Below are positions 1 through 10,817 of a DNA stretch of 64,000 bases, one piece after another. Within the stretch, counting starts at the first letter, position 1. Every line of letters starts with the position of its first letter. Under the pieces are notes generated by a model, which had not been told where the DNA came from, made no database searches, and was given only the letters and a program-made list of their open reading frames with translations. The position numbers and the translations under genes were made by a program. Source of the DNA: Candidatus Bathyarchaeota archaeon (lineage in GTDB: Archaea > Thermoproteota > Bathyarchaeia > Bathyarchaeales > DTEX01); assembly GCA_963714275.1 (NCBI GenBank), contig CAVQNT010000002.1, positions 1 to 64,000 on the forward strand. The letters are read 5' to 3'.

Positions 1-71
1 GAAGGATAAAAAAGGAAATTCCTCTACAATCAAGTTAAGGGTTAAAAGTAAAATTGGCGTAGCAAATTTTC

Positions 72-164
72 TGGCGGAGAGAGCGGGATTCGAACCCGCG
101 GTACACCTTTCGGCATACACTCGCTTAGCAGGCGAGCACCTTCGGCCAGCTCGGTCATCTCTCC
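72..164 (-). tRNA. tRNA-Ser (anticodon GCT)
   Basis: Reverse complement reads GGAGAGATGACCGAG...CTGCTAA...long variable arm...GGTTCGAATCCC...CCGCCA; cloverleaf with encoded CCA. Confidence 0.97.
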
Positions 165-182
165 GTTTTTTATAAATTTATA

Positions 183-254
183 GGACGCAGATTTTCGCAG
201 ATATACGCAGAAAAAATACTTTTTAAGCGTCTTTAATCCTGTGAATCTGCGTCC
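183..254. repeat. Palindromic intergenic repeat, 9-10 nt periodic arms (family A)
   Basis: GGACGCAGATTTTCGCAGATATACGCAG ... CCTGTGAATCTGCGTCC around an AT-rich spacer. Confidence 0.8.
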
Positions 255-271
255 AATTATATTAAATTTCC

Positions 272-359
272 TGGCGGAGGGAGTAGGATTCGAACCCACG
301 TCCCCTTTCGGGGAAACGGTTTTCAAGACCGCCGCCATCGACCACTCGGCCATCCCTCC
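272..359 (-). tRNA. tRNA-Ser (anticodon TGA)
   Basis: Reverse complement reads GGAGGGATGGCCGAGTGG...CTTGAAA...long variable arm...GGTTCGAATCCT...CCGCCA. Confidence 0.97.
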
Positions 360-375
360 GGGAAAAGCTTTTATG

Positions 376-490
376 GGACGCAGATTGCCGCAGATTCACA
401 GGATAGAAAATAATTAAGAAACCAAAAATAGAATTTAGATCAAATCCATTTCTAGATCTTATCTGCGAAAATCTGCGTTTATCTGCGTCC
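376..490. repeat. Palindromic intergenic repeat (family A)
   Basis: GGACGCAGATTGCCGCAGATTCACAGGAT ... ATCTGCGAAAATCTGCGTTTATCTGCGTCC. Confidence 0.85.
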
Positions 491-493
491 TAT

Positions 494-1852
<1,359 letters not shown>

Positions 1853-1923
1853 TCACCCCTCCTTCTAAAAAAACTTTTTCATCAATTATTGCGAGTGGAG
1901 TTCTGCCCTAAGCTTTTATAAGT

Positions 1924-1952
1924 AAGTTATCATTTCATTGGCTGGGAGTCAA
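1924..1952 (-). promoter_or_regulatory. Putative sigma70 promoter for serS
   Basis: TTGACT-17-TAACTT on the minus strand. Confidence 0.5.
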
Positions 1953-1979
1953 CTCTGAAAGGGCGAGAACACCGGGGTT

Positions 1980-2597
1980 TCATCTGTGGGCGGTGGATTT
2001 TTTCCTCTTCAAAAGAAAATACACCAGGGCGGCCACCCCGCCCAGGACAGCTCCCACCTTGAGGAGAAAATCGATGCGGGTAAAGAGTTCGGTTAACCAG
2101 CCGATATTCGCTCCGAAGAAATACCCCAAAAGGAGAAGAAGGGGAACCATGATGAGAGCGGCCAGGGTATCGAGAATTAAGAACTTCCCAGGCTTCATTC
2201 CCATAGTTCCGGCGGCCAGGAATGCGGCCACTCGGAACCCAGATAGAAATCGGGCGATGAAGATGGTCTTACTCCCATGATCGCCAAAAAATTGCTTCGC
2301 CCGCTCCAAGCGGCTTTCAGAAAAAATCTTCCGCATTTGACGGTGGGTGATGATGCCCTGGCCCCATTTCCGCCCAATGGAGTACATGGCCATATCTCCG
2401 ATTAAAACGCCAACGAATACAGTGGCCAGCGTGGGGTAGAAACGGGTAATCCCCAAATGAACGAAAAACCCGCCGGCGAGCAAGGTAAGTTCTTCCGGGA
2501 TGGGCAAACCCAATCCGCATAAGAAGAGGATCAGGAAAAGCCCAGCGTAAATAAACTGCTCAGAGTAGTTGGTGAGGAAGATGACTAAATCAGGCAA
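1980..2597 (-). CDS. DedA family membrane protein
   Basis: GLPIPEE..L.GG and IFIARFLSGFR motifs; hydrophobic. Confidence 0.9.
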   Translation of the reverse strand: MPDLVIFLTNYSEQFIYAGLFLILFLCGLGLPIPEELTLLAGGFFVHLGITRFYPTLATVFVGVLIGDMAMYSIGRKWGQGIITHRQMRKIFSESRLERAKQFFGDHGSKTIFIARFLSGFRVAAFLAAGTMGMKPGKFLILDTLAALIMVPLLLLLGYFFGANIGWLTELFTRIDFLLKVGAVLGGVAALVYFLLKRKKSTAHR

Positions 2598-2626
2598 GGT
2601 TCATCTTGCTCCTGCAGGAGTCAGCC

Positions 2627-2962
2627 TCAGACAAGGGGAGGCTTGGGGGCTTCCGGGGATTTCACCGAAAGTTCAGGGTTTTCCTCCTTCGAGGGCTGGG
2701 GTTCAATCTCTTCTTTCAATGCTTTGACTTGTTCCCCTAAGTCGCGGGCCTTCGCTCGAAGTTTCCACCTTTCTCCCCAACCTATTGAAAATCCTACCAC
2801 CATCCCGGCGACAAGAGAAGCCAGAATCAATAGAAAAAGGGGAAAGGAACCCGTATGCCACCCGAAGAAATAACCGAGTGAAATTTCCTGGCGATTTAAA
2901 GTACAGAAAGTCGCCCCGAGGATAATAAAAAGAATGATAAAAATTATTTTCGTCACTCTCAA
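2627..2962 (-). CDS. LapA-family lipopolysaccharide assembly protein
   Basis: Two TM segments with F...N...I.L.YFF pattern and a C-terminal coiled coil; TTG start. Confidence 0.75.
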   Translation of the reverse strand: MRVTKIIFIILFIILGATFCTLNRQEISLGYFFGWHTGSFPLFLLILASLVAGMVVGFSIGWGERWKLRAKARDLGEQVKALKEEIEPQPSKEENPELSVKSPEAPKPPLV

Positions 2963-3186
2963 ACCGCCGCTAAGATTTTGACCCGGAGGTCCGCAGGATT
3001 TTCCTGCGGTAAATAAAAGATAGCAAGAGTTTCAAAGAGATGTCAATCTTTTTCTCATCAAGTGAAGCATAGGTGCAGGCAATTATTCCATTGCTATGAA
3101 GAGATCTTTGTGTTATATAGTCACTTTATTTCGATTGGAAGAAGTGCCCAGCAAAGCTCGGGGATTTTTCAAAAGAATCCCAAGTC

Positions 3187-4116
3187 GTGGTTTGTCTTGT
3201 GAAGTTTTATATATTAAAAAGGTTATTTCATTGCATTTTCGTCCTCATCGGCATCTCGGTGGTGGTTTTCATCATTCTCCACCTCACTGGCGACCCGGCA
3301 GCCCTGCTGATGCCCATGGACGCCACCCCAGAGCAGGTCGCTCAATTCCGCAAGGAGATGGGGTTCACCGACCCTTTGCTTGTACAATACTGGAGATTTT
3401 TTAAAGGCACACTCCGTTTAGATTTTGGCCTCTCCTTTCGCCACAGCCAGCCGGCTTTGGACCTGGTACTGGAACGCATGCCGGCCACCATCCAGTTGAC
3501 CATAACGGCGATGATCATCGCGATGATCATCGCCGTTCCCGTAGGAATTATATCCGCCATCCGGCGAAACTCCATCCTGGATCATATTGGGATGACCGGC
3601 GCCCTCCTCGGGCAGTCCACCCCCGTCTTCTGGCTCGGGATAATGCTGATCCTCGTCTTTTCGGTGACCTTCCAGTGGTTTCCTTCTTCCGGCCGGGGAA
3701 CTCTTGAACACCTAATCCTTCCCGCGGTCACCCTGGGCATGTTCAGCATGGCCCGGACCGCTCGCATGATGCGCTCCAGCATGCTCGAGGTTCTCGGGCA
3801 GGAGTACATGAAAACCGCTCGGGCGAAAGGGCTGAGCCCAAGAATGGTTATTCTGAAACATGCCCTGAAGAACGCTTTAATTCCTGTGGTAACGATCGTC
3901 GGAATGGAGTTGGGGACTCTCCTTGGGGGAGCGGTGATCACGGAGACCGTATTTGCCTGGCCAGGGGTGGGGCGTTTAGCCGTGCAGGCGATATACAACC
4001 GGGATTATCCGGTTGTGCAAGCAGCGGTTTTTCTCCTGGCATCGATTTTCGTTCTGGTCAACCTGGTAGTTGATATTCTTTATACCTACCTGGATCCGCG
4101 GGTAAAGTTGGGGTGA
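3187..4116 (+). CDS. Peptide/nickel ABC transporter permease (DppB/OppB type)
   Basis: EAA-type motif RSSMLEVLGQEYMKTARAKGL, KHALKNAL, YTYLDPR. Confidence 0.92.
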   Translation: MVCLVKFYILKRLFHCIFVLIGISVVVFIILHLTGDPAALLMPMDATPEQVAQFRKEMGFTDPLLVQYWRFFKGTLRLDFGLSFRHSQPALDLVLERMPATIQLTITAMIIAMIIAVPVGIISAIRRNSILDHIGMTGALLGQSTPVFWLGIMLILVFSVTFQWFPSSGRGTLEHLILPAVTLGMFSMARTARMMRSSMLEVLGQEYMKTARAKGLSPRMVILKHALKNALIPVVTIVGMELGTLLGGAVITETVFAWPGVGRLAVQAIYNRDYPVVQAAVFLLASIFVLVNLVVDILYTYLDPRVKLG

Positions 4117-4127
4117 AAGAATAGATC

Positions 4128-5045
4128 ATGGATTTTTTAGAGAATGCCGCAAAAACTTTAGACTTCGTGGGAGAAGATCGAAGAGTCACCCGAGGGCAGA
4201 AAGTCCTGCGCAAGCTGCTGGAAAACAAAGGGGCCGTTTTTGGCCTGATCATGGTTTTAGGGGTTATTTTTTCAGCTATTTTCGCTCCCTTGATTTCCCC
4301 CCATGACCCCATCCTCCAAGACGTAGAAATACGGCTTCTTCCTCCCTTGGGCCAAGCCGGGGCCGACCCCAATTACCTTTTAGGGACTGACCAGCTGGGG
4401 CGGGATATTGTCAGCCGATTGATCTACGGCGCAAGGATCTCTATCGTGGTCAGTGTTTCCGCCGTTGTCTTCTCTGCTTTTTTAGGGACCATCATCGGTC
4501 TTTTCTCCGGTTTTTACGGCGGGAAGATAGACAGCGTATTTATGCGCTTGGCCGATGTCCAATTGGCCTTCCCCTTCATCCTTCTTGCTATTGCCATTAT
4601 TGCCGTTCTGGGGCCTAATCTGCAGAATATCATCATCGTCATGGGCATTACCGGATGGGTGATCTATGCCCGGGTAGTGCGGGCAGAAGTTCTTTCCTTG
4701 AGGGAGAAGGAATACGTAATGGCTGTCCGAGCCCTGGGCGGGTCCAACGGCCGAATTATTTTCAATCATCTCTTGCCCAACGTGGTTCCTCCCATCATCG
4801 TCATTATCACTTTAGAGATGGCCCGCATGATCATCATGGAAGCGGCTCTCAGCTTCCTGGGCTTAGGAATTCAACCTCCCACCCCAACCTGGGGTGGAAT
4901 GCTTGCTGATGGCCGGGTGTATCTGGTAACATCCTGGTGGCTGGCCACTTTTCCGGGGGTGGTGATTATGCTGGTGGTATTGGGGATCAACCTGTTAGGG
5001 AACTGGCTAAGGGATATTCTGGACCCCAGGCTAACACAATTGTAA
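4128..5045 (+). CDS. Peptide/nickel ABC transporter permease (DppC/OppC type)
   Basis: LLGTDQLGRD, EYVMAVRALG, EAALSFLGLG, LRDILDPR. Confidence 0.92.
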   Translation: MDFLENAAKTLDFVGEDRRVTRGQKVLRKLLENKGAVFGLIMVLGVIFSAIFAPLISPHDPILQDVEIRLLPPLGQAGADPNYLLGTDQLGRDIVSRLIYGARISIVVSVSAVVFSAFLGTIIGLFSGFYGGKIDSVFMRLADVQLAFPFILLAIAIIAVLGPNLQNIIIVMGITGWVIYARVVRAEVLSLREKEYVMAVRALGGSNGRIIFNHLLPNVVPPIIVIITLEMARMIIMEAALSFLGLGIQPPTPTWGGMLADGRVYLVTSWWLATFPGVVIMLVVLGINLLGNWLRDILDPRLTQL

Positions 5046-5124
5046 ATTGCCAATTGCCAATTGAAAATTGTAAAATGTTGAAGGATGCTTAAGCGGCAAA
5101 AATAAAAGAAAAGGAGGAACGTCA

Positions 5125-6637
5125 ATGAAAAAGGGAATTGTCTTATTTCTGATTCTACCGGTTGTTTTATTGAGTTTTGGCCTGTCCTATGCGGCCCGGG
5201 ACAAAGACACCATTGTGATTGTCCAGGGCGTCGATCCCACGACCATGGACCCTCAAAACCACATGGAAACCCCGGCCTGGAATGTTCACCTGCAAATGTT
5301 TGACACTTTGCTGCAGAGAGACTCTGGGATCAAAATCAAGCCTCTATTGGCCGAGTCGTATAAGATCGTGAATGACCATACATGGGAGTTCAAGCTGCGC
5401 AAGGGAGTCAAGTTTCATAACGGGGAAGATTTCAACGCGGCGGCGGTCAAATTTGTTCTGGAGCGCATGGCCGATCCTAAACTTAAACTCCGGCAAACGG
5501 TCTTTCAGGGGGTCATCGATCGGGTGGATGTGGTGGATGATTACACGGCGCGGATCGTGACGAAAAAACCCTACCCCGTCATGGATGCCATGCTGTGCAT
5601 CTACGGCCAGGTGATTCCACCCAAATATTTTCAGGAGAAAGGTCCGGCCCACTTCGCCCTCAACCCGGTAGGAACAGGGCCCTACAAGTTCGTGCGCTGG
5701 GTCAAGGATGATCATATTCTTCTGGAGGCTAATGAAAAGTACTGGCGCGGGGCGCCCAAAATCAAGAAGGTCATGTTCCGCCCCATCCCCGAGGCTACAA
5801 CGCGCGTAGCCGCATTGCAGACCCAGGAAGCGGATATCATCACCAATATTCCCCCCCATCTTACGAAATTGATGGACTGGAAGGGGCGCTCTTTTGTCTC
5901 CAAAGTGCCCAGCGTGCGGGTCATCTTCATGGCTTTTGATACCATCAAGGGAGGGCCCGTGGCCGACAAGAAAGTTCGTCAGGCGATCGCCATGGGCGTG
6001 GACATGAAGACCAATATTAAAAAGGTCCTGGAGGGTAATGGGGTCCTGCTGGGCTCACCTCTTACCGAAAAACATTTTGGATTCGATCCTTCCGTAAAGC
6101 CTTACGATTACGATCCGGAGAAGGCCAAGAAGTTGCTGGCGGAAGCCGGGTATTCCAAGGGATTCGAGTTCACGATCAATTCCCCCAACGGGCGGTATTT
6201 GAATGACAAGGAAATGGCCGAGGCGATAGCCGGAGACCTGCGGAAGATCGGCATCAATGCCACAGTAAAGACCCACGAATGGGGAACTTTCATGAACCAT
6301 GATGTACACCCACAACAATGCTCCGGCTTATCTCCTGGGCTGGGGAAACACCAGCTTCGACGCCGATTTCACCATCAATCCGCTCATGCGGACCGGGTTG
6401 GTGTTATCCAATGTCTCCTTCCCGAAACTCGATGCCTTGATTGATGAGGGCATCAGCACGATGGACTCTAAGAAACGGCAGAAGATCTATTCCAATGCGG
6501 TCAAGGTGATTAAAGAAGAAATTCCTTGGGCTTGGACTTATCAACAGATCGACAGCTATGGGGTGAATGAACGGTTGAATTGGAAAGCCCGCACGGACGA
6601 GCTCATGGTGGTCTTTGACATGTCGTTTAAGAAATAA
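5125..6637 (+). CDS. ABC substrate-binding protein family 5 (DppA type), one frameshift near 6298
   Basis: Signal peptide, LRKGVKFHNGE, PVGTGPYKF; the C-terminal part continues in ORF 6299-6637. Confidence 0.85.
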
Positions 6638-6665
6638 GGTAGAGATTTAACCCATAGAACCATGG

Positions 6666-6702
6666 GGGGCTGGATAGTTGGCGATAGGCCACATCCAGCC
6701 CC
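6666..6702 (+). terminator. Stem-loop after the SBP gene
   Basis: GGGGCTGGAT...ATCCAGCCCC followed by a pyrimidine-rich tract. Confidence 0.5.
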
Positions 6703-6732
6703 TCTTATTCCTTCAACCTCCACCTTTCCTTC

Positions 6733-7473
6733 ATGGGTGCAAAAATTTCTTTTCAGTTTTTTGCTTTTCTTCGTGGTTTATTCTTGATTTTTTCCACGAC
6801 GGTTTACACCGCCATTTTGGCCCCACCGGCTATCGTCAGTTGCCTGTTGGATCCATCCGGGCGATGGCCCTCCATTTTTCAGCGCACGTGGGTCAACTGG
6901 CTGCTGCGCACCAACCGCATCCGCCTGCGCCCGCAGGGCTTGGAATACCTAAAAAAGGAGCAGGCCTACATCCTGATATCCAACCATGCCAGTATTCTGG
7001 ACATCCCCGGAATCATTTCCGCTTCTCCATTTCCAGTACGGTTCATCGCCAAAAAATCTCTCTCCTGGTTTCCGGTTCTTGGATGGTTCCTGTCCTCCTC
7101 CGGCCACATCCTGATTGACAGGAACAATGCCAAATCAGCCCTGAAAAGTTTGAAGAAAGCAGTCGCTCTGCTGAAGAAGGGGGTTTCGATCGTCGTCTTT
7201 CCTGAAGGGACGCGCACGCCCGACGGCCAGGTGAAAGACTTCAAAGGTGGGGCTTTTCTCCTGGCCCTGCAGTCCAAGGCTCAGATTGTTCCAGTCTCCA
7301 TTTCCGGAACCTATCATATGCTTCCCCGAACCGGCTGGTGTTTCTGGCCCGGCTTAATGGAGTTGAACCTTGGCAAGCCCATCCCAACCCGCAACCTTTC
7401 GCTGCGCGAAGCCCGCCCCTTAATGGAAAAGGTGCGGGAAATAATTATGCAAAATATAAATAAAAAGGCATAG
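6733..7473 (+). CDS. plsC: 1-acyl-sn-glycerol-3-phosphate acyltransferase
   Basis: NHASILD and FPEGTR acyltransferase motifs. Confidence 0.9.
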   Translation: MGAKISFQFFAFLRGLFLIFSTTVYTAILAPPAIVSCLLDPSGRWPSIFQRTWVNWLLRTNRIRLRPQGLEYLKKEQAYILISNHASILDIPGIISASPFPVRFIAKKSLSWFPVLGWFLSSSGHILIDRNNAKSALKSLKKAVALLKKGVSIVVFPEGTRTPDGQVKDFKGGAFLLALQSKAQIVPVSISGTYHMLPRTGWCFWPGLMELNLGKPIPTRNLSLREARPLMEKVREIIMQNINKKA

Positions 7474-7582
7474 GGCGCAAGGTACAAGGCACAAGGAAGA
7501 CTAAAAGGCGATGGGCGATGGGTTAATTTTCTTTGCCTTTTACCTATTGCCTCTGGCCTATTGCCTCTTGCCTTGTGCCTTT
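7466..7582. repeat. Heptamer-periodic palindromic repeat (family B)
   Basis: GGCATAG GGCGCAA GGTACAA GGCACAA ... TTGCCTC TGGCCTA TTGCCTC TTGCCTT GTGCCT. Confidence 0.8.
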
Positions 7583-7590
7583 GTTTTCCT

Positions 7591-7619
7591 TTGACATTCG
7601 CCTATTTCTCTATTATCAT
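7591..7619 (+). promoter_or_regulatory. sigma70 promoter for ftsK
   Basis: TTGACA-17-TATCAT ending 8 nt before the ATG at 7628. Confidence 0.7.
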
Positions 7620-7627
7620 TATTAAAA

Positions 7628-9856
7628 ATGGGCAGAATATCCCGCTCCGAAAGGTCCAGTTTAAAAAGGGAAATCCTTGGGATTATCCTGGTGGCCTTTA
7701 CCGTCCTCCTGGCTATTAGCTTATTTTCCTTCAACCCTGACGACCCTTCTTTCAACCATCAGTTCTCGGAGCCACAGAAAGCCACCAACCTTGCCGGCTT
7801 CGTCGGGGCTCACCTTGCCGATATCTTCCTCCAGACTTTCGGTTTAACCGCATTTCTATGGCCGCTTTTCTTTATTCTTTTTTCCCTGAAACTCTTTCTT
7901 TTCTCGGAAATGTCCTTCCCGCCCGCCAAGACAGCTTCTTTGGCCGGACTCTTTATTACCGGCAGCGGGTTGCTTTCTCTCGGCTTAGGAAAGATGAATA
8001 TTTGGGGAGCGAAGATCGACAGCGGGGGGGCATTGGGCTATTTCTTCGCCCGGATCACCGAGAAGTATCTGAATATCAGCGGGGCCTTAATCCTTTTTGC
8101 GGTGGTGCTGGTTATATCCGTTACGGTTTTGACCAAACTCTCCTGGGCAGAAATGATCAAGGCCATAAGCCACTTCTTTTTGACGCTCCTGAACCAGGGG
8201 CAGAGGCTATGGAAACGCGCCTTGAGTACCAAAGGAAAACAAGCGAAAGAACTTAGGAAAGAAAAAGAAACCGCTCCTCCTTTAATCATTAAAAAAGAAG
8301 GGGCCGGGGAAAAAGAAGGGATGGGAGCGGAATCCGTCCCGGTCGTGCGGGAAAAACAGGAACATTTCACCTTCTTGGATTCCCGGGGTTCTTATGTGCT
8401 CCCGCCCCTCTCCTTGCTGGAGAGCCCTGAGCAGAAGGAAATTAAGGTTGATAAAGAGAGCCTGTTGGCCAACGCCAAGATCCTGGAGAAGCGCCTGCAA
8501 GATTTTGGCGTGGAAGGAAAAGTGGTAGAAGTTCGTCCAGGGCCGGTGATCACCATGTATGAGTATGAGCCGGCTCCGGGGGTGAAAATCAACAAGATCG
8601 TCGGCCTCAGTGATGATTTAGCTCTGGCCCTGCGGGCCATCAGCGTGCGTATTGTCGCTCCCATTCCGGGGAAGGCCGCCGTGGGCATTGAAATCCCCAA
8701 TTCCATCCGCGAACCCGTTTACCTGAAGGACATCCTCTCCTGTGAGGAGTTCTCCCAGGCGGAATCGAAACTCACCCTGGCTCTGGGCAAGGACATTTTC
8801 GGCAATCCTTTCGTGACCAACCTGGCGAAGATGCCCCATCTCTTAGTCGCCGGTGCCACGGGAGCGGGCAAAAGTGTCTCCCTGAACTCCATGGTTTGCA
8901 GCCTTCTTTACAAGGCGGACCCGGAAGAAGTGAAACTCCTGATGATCGACCCCAAACGTCTGGAACTCTCGGTCTATGATGGGATCCCTCACCTTCTCCA
9001 TTCCGTGGTATATGACCCGAAGGCCGCAGCCCTGGTTTTGCGGTGGGCCACGGAGGAGATGGAGATCCGTTACCGGTTGATGGCTGAGAAAGGCGTACGG
9101 AACATCGAACGCTATAACCAGAAAGTGGATAAGGAATTGAAGGATGCCCGGCGCAAAGGCGGGACTTTGCTTAAAGAGACCGAAGGCCTCGAGGACCGCA
9201 CCGGAGACAATTTATCGCCCTTACCGTACATCGTCATAGTCATCGATGAATTGGCGGACTTAATGATGGTTTCGGCGCGGGATGTGGAGGCTTCCCTGAC
9301 CCGCCTGGCCCAGATGGCCCGGGCCGCGGGCATCCATTTGCTCCTGGCCACGCAGCGGCCATCCGTGGATGTGCTCACCGGCGTGATCAAAGCCAACTTC
9401 CCCACAAGAATCTCCTTCCAGGTTTCCTCCAAGACCGATTCGCGGACCATCCTGGATGCCAATGGAGCCGAACACCTCCTGGGTTCTGGCGATATGCTCT
9501 TCCTGCCTCCCGGGACCTCCCGCCTGCTTCGGGTTCACGGCGCCTATGTCTCTGAGTTCGAGATCATGAGGGTTGTCGAATTCTGGAAAAACCAAGGGAA
9601 GCCGGTTTACGATCACACCATCCTGAAAGCGAAGGAGGAGACCCCGGAGGCCGATGCTGACGGCTACGATGAAATGTATGACCAGGCCGTGGCCGTTGTG
9701 GCCGAGTTAAGGCAGGCCTCGATCTCGATGCTCCAGAGGCGTTTGCGGGTGGGTTATAACCGGGCAGCGCGGATGATCGAGAGGATGGAAAAGGAAGGAG
9801 TCGTGGGTCCGGCAGACGGCAGCAAACCGCGGGAAGTGTACATCAAAAAATTATAA
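7628..9856 (+). CDS. ftsK: DNA translocase FtsK
   Basis: N-terminal 4TM region, MPHLLVAGATGAGKS, IDELADLMM, ATQRPSVDV and gamma domain RVGYNRAAR. Confidence 0.97.
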   Translation: MGRISRSERSSLKREILGIILVAFTVLLAISLFSFNPDDPSFNHQFSEPQKATNLAGFVGAHLADIFLQTFGLTAFLWPLFFILFSLKLFLFSEMSFPPAKTASLAGLFITGSGLLSLGLGKMNIWGAKIDSGGALGYFFARITEKYLNISGALILFAVVLVISVTVLTKLSWAEMIKAISHFFLTLLNQGQRLWKRALSTKGKQAKELRKEKETAPPLIIKKEGAGEKEGMGAESVPVVREKQEHFTFLDSRGSYVLPPLSLLESPEQKEIKVDKESLLANAKILEKRLQDFGVEGKVVEVRPGPVITMYEYEPAPGVKINKIVGLSDDLALALRAISVRIVAPIPGKAAVGIEIPNSIREPVYLKDILSCEEFSQAESKLTLALGKDIFGNPFVTNLAKMPHLLVAGATGAGKSVSLNSMVCSLLYKADPEEVKLLMIDPKRLELSVYDGIPHLLHSVVYDPKAAALVLRWATEEMEIRYRLMAEKGVRNIERYNQKVDKELKDARRKGGTLLKETEGLEDRTGDNLSPLPYIVIVIDELADLMMVSARDVEASLTRLAQMARAAGIHLLLATQRPSVDVLTGVIKANFPTRISFQVSSKTDSRTILDANGAEHLLGSGDMLFLPPGTSRLLRVHGAYVSEFEIMRVVEFWKNQGKPVYDHTILKAKEETPEADADGYDEMYDQAVAVVAELRQASISMLQRRLRVGYNRAARMIERMEKEGVVGPADGSKPREVYIKKL

Positions 9857-9860
9857 TAAT

Positions 9861-10125
9861 TCACCGCAGAGATCGGAGACCGCAGAGAAATAATTTAATT
9901 GTATAGGAATTTCCTTTTTGATAACTTTTAGTATTTTAATCCATTTTAACCACTTACCCTGTATTCTTTGTTTAATTCTTTTCAGGATTTTTTGAAACTC
10001 TGTGTTCTCTGTGCCCTCTGTGGCTAATTAAATGAGGATTAATTTTATGAACAAAACTTTTGCATTTCTCTTTTTGCCTTTTGCTTTAAATTGCCTCTCA
10101 GCGTTCTCTGCGCCCTCTGCGGTTA
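9861..10125. repeat. Family A palindromic repeat with a duplicated right arm
   Basis: CACCGCAGAGATCGGAGACCGCAGAG ... CTCTGTGTTCTCTGTGCCCTCTGTGG and a second arm CTCAGCGTTCTCTGCGCCCTCTGCGGT. Confidence 0.75.
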
Positions 10126-10817
10126 AAAGAAGTAAATTTTTTTTGGGCCTTTTCCTCCTTCCGCTGGTCGGGCTCTGGCCTTCACCCGGCAACGGGCAAA
10201 CCATTCCCCTGGAGGAAGTTGTGGCCAAAGTTCAAGAACAATACGAGATTCACGCCGACTATAAAGCCAATTTCGCCCAGGAATCTCTGATTAAAAGTTT
10301 GGGAAAAAAGCAACACGCAGAGGGATTGGTCTATTTTAAAAAGCCCGGTAAAATGCGCTGGATCTACCGCATGCCCACCAAGCAGGAAATCATCTCCGAC
10401 GGAAAAACGCTCTGGACCTACCGGCCAGAAGACAAACAGGTGGTCGTGTCCAAAATGACCCAGGCCTTCCAGTCCAAAGCCCCCTCAACCTTCCTGGCTG
10501 GAATCGGCAACCTCAAAAGGGATTTCCAGGCGCGATGGGCCCAAGAGCCTTCTTCCGCCTCAGACTACTTCCTGGAGTTGACTCCCATGGAAGCTCAGGG
10601 GAGCCTGGAAAAGCTCTTTTTGGTTGTCGAGCGGGATTCTTTTAAGATTCTGCAGGCCAAAGTCCAGGATGTCATGGGCAATACAACCCAGATCAATTTT
10701 TCCAAGATTAAATTTAACAACAACCTGTCGGACTCCCTTTTCAATTTTGCGCCTCCTAAAGATGTAGAGGTATTCACCTTGCCAGGGGCGGCACCTGCCG
10801 GCGTAATTGGAAAATAA
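10032..10817 (+). CDS. lolA: Outer-membrane lipoprotein carrier LolA (start uncertain)
   Basis: A.F.Q, KKPGKMRW.Y, IISDGKTLW.Y.P and F.F.PP motifs; follows ftsK. Confidence 0.9.
   Translation: MRINFMNKTFAFLFLPFALNCLSAFSAPSAVKRSKFFLGLFLLPLVGLWPSPGNGQTIPLEEVVAKVQEQYEIHADYKANFAQESLIKSLGKKQHAEGLVYFKKPGKMRWIYRMPTKQEIISDGKTLWTYRPEDKQVVVSKMTQAFQSKAPSTFLAGIGNLKRDFQARWAQEPSSASDYFLELTPMEAQGSLEKLFLVVERDSFKILQAKVQDVMGNTTQINFSKIKFNNNLSDSLFNFAPPKDVEVFTLPGAAPAGVIGK

Noticed and set aside
42-353. 103-aa minus-strand ORF
   Set aside because: It overlies the two tRNA-Ser genes and is a shadow translation.
183-490. Repeats near the tRNAs as a CRISPR array
   Set aside because: They are inverted arms with short internal periodicity, not identical direct repeats with unique spacers, and no cas genes are present.
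3187-6637. dpp operon lacking ATPase genes as a novel transporter
   Set aside because: ATPases shared from another locus are common for this family, so this is not informative alone.
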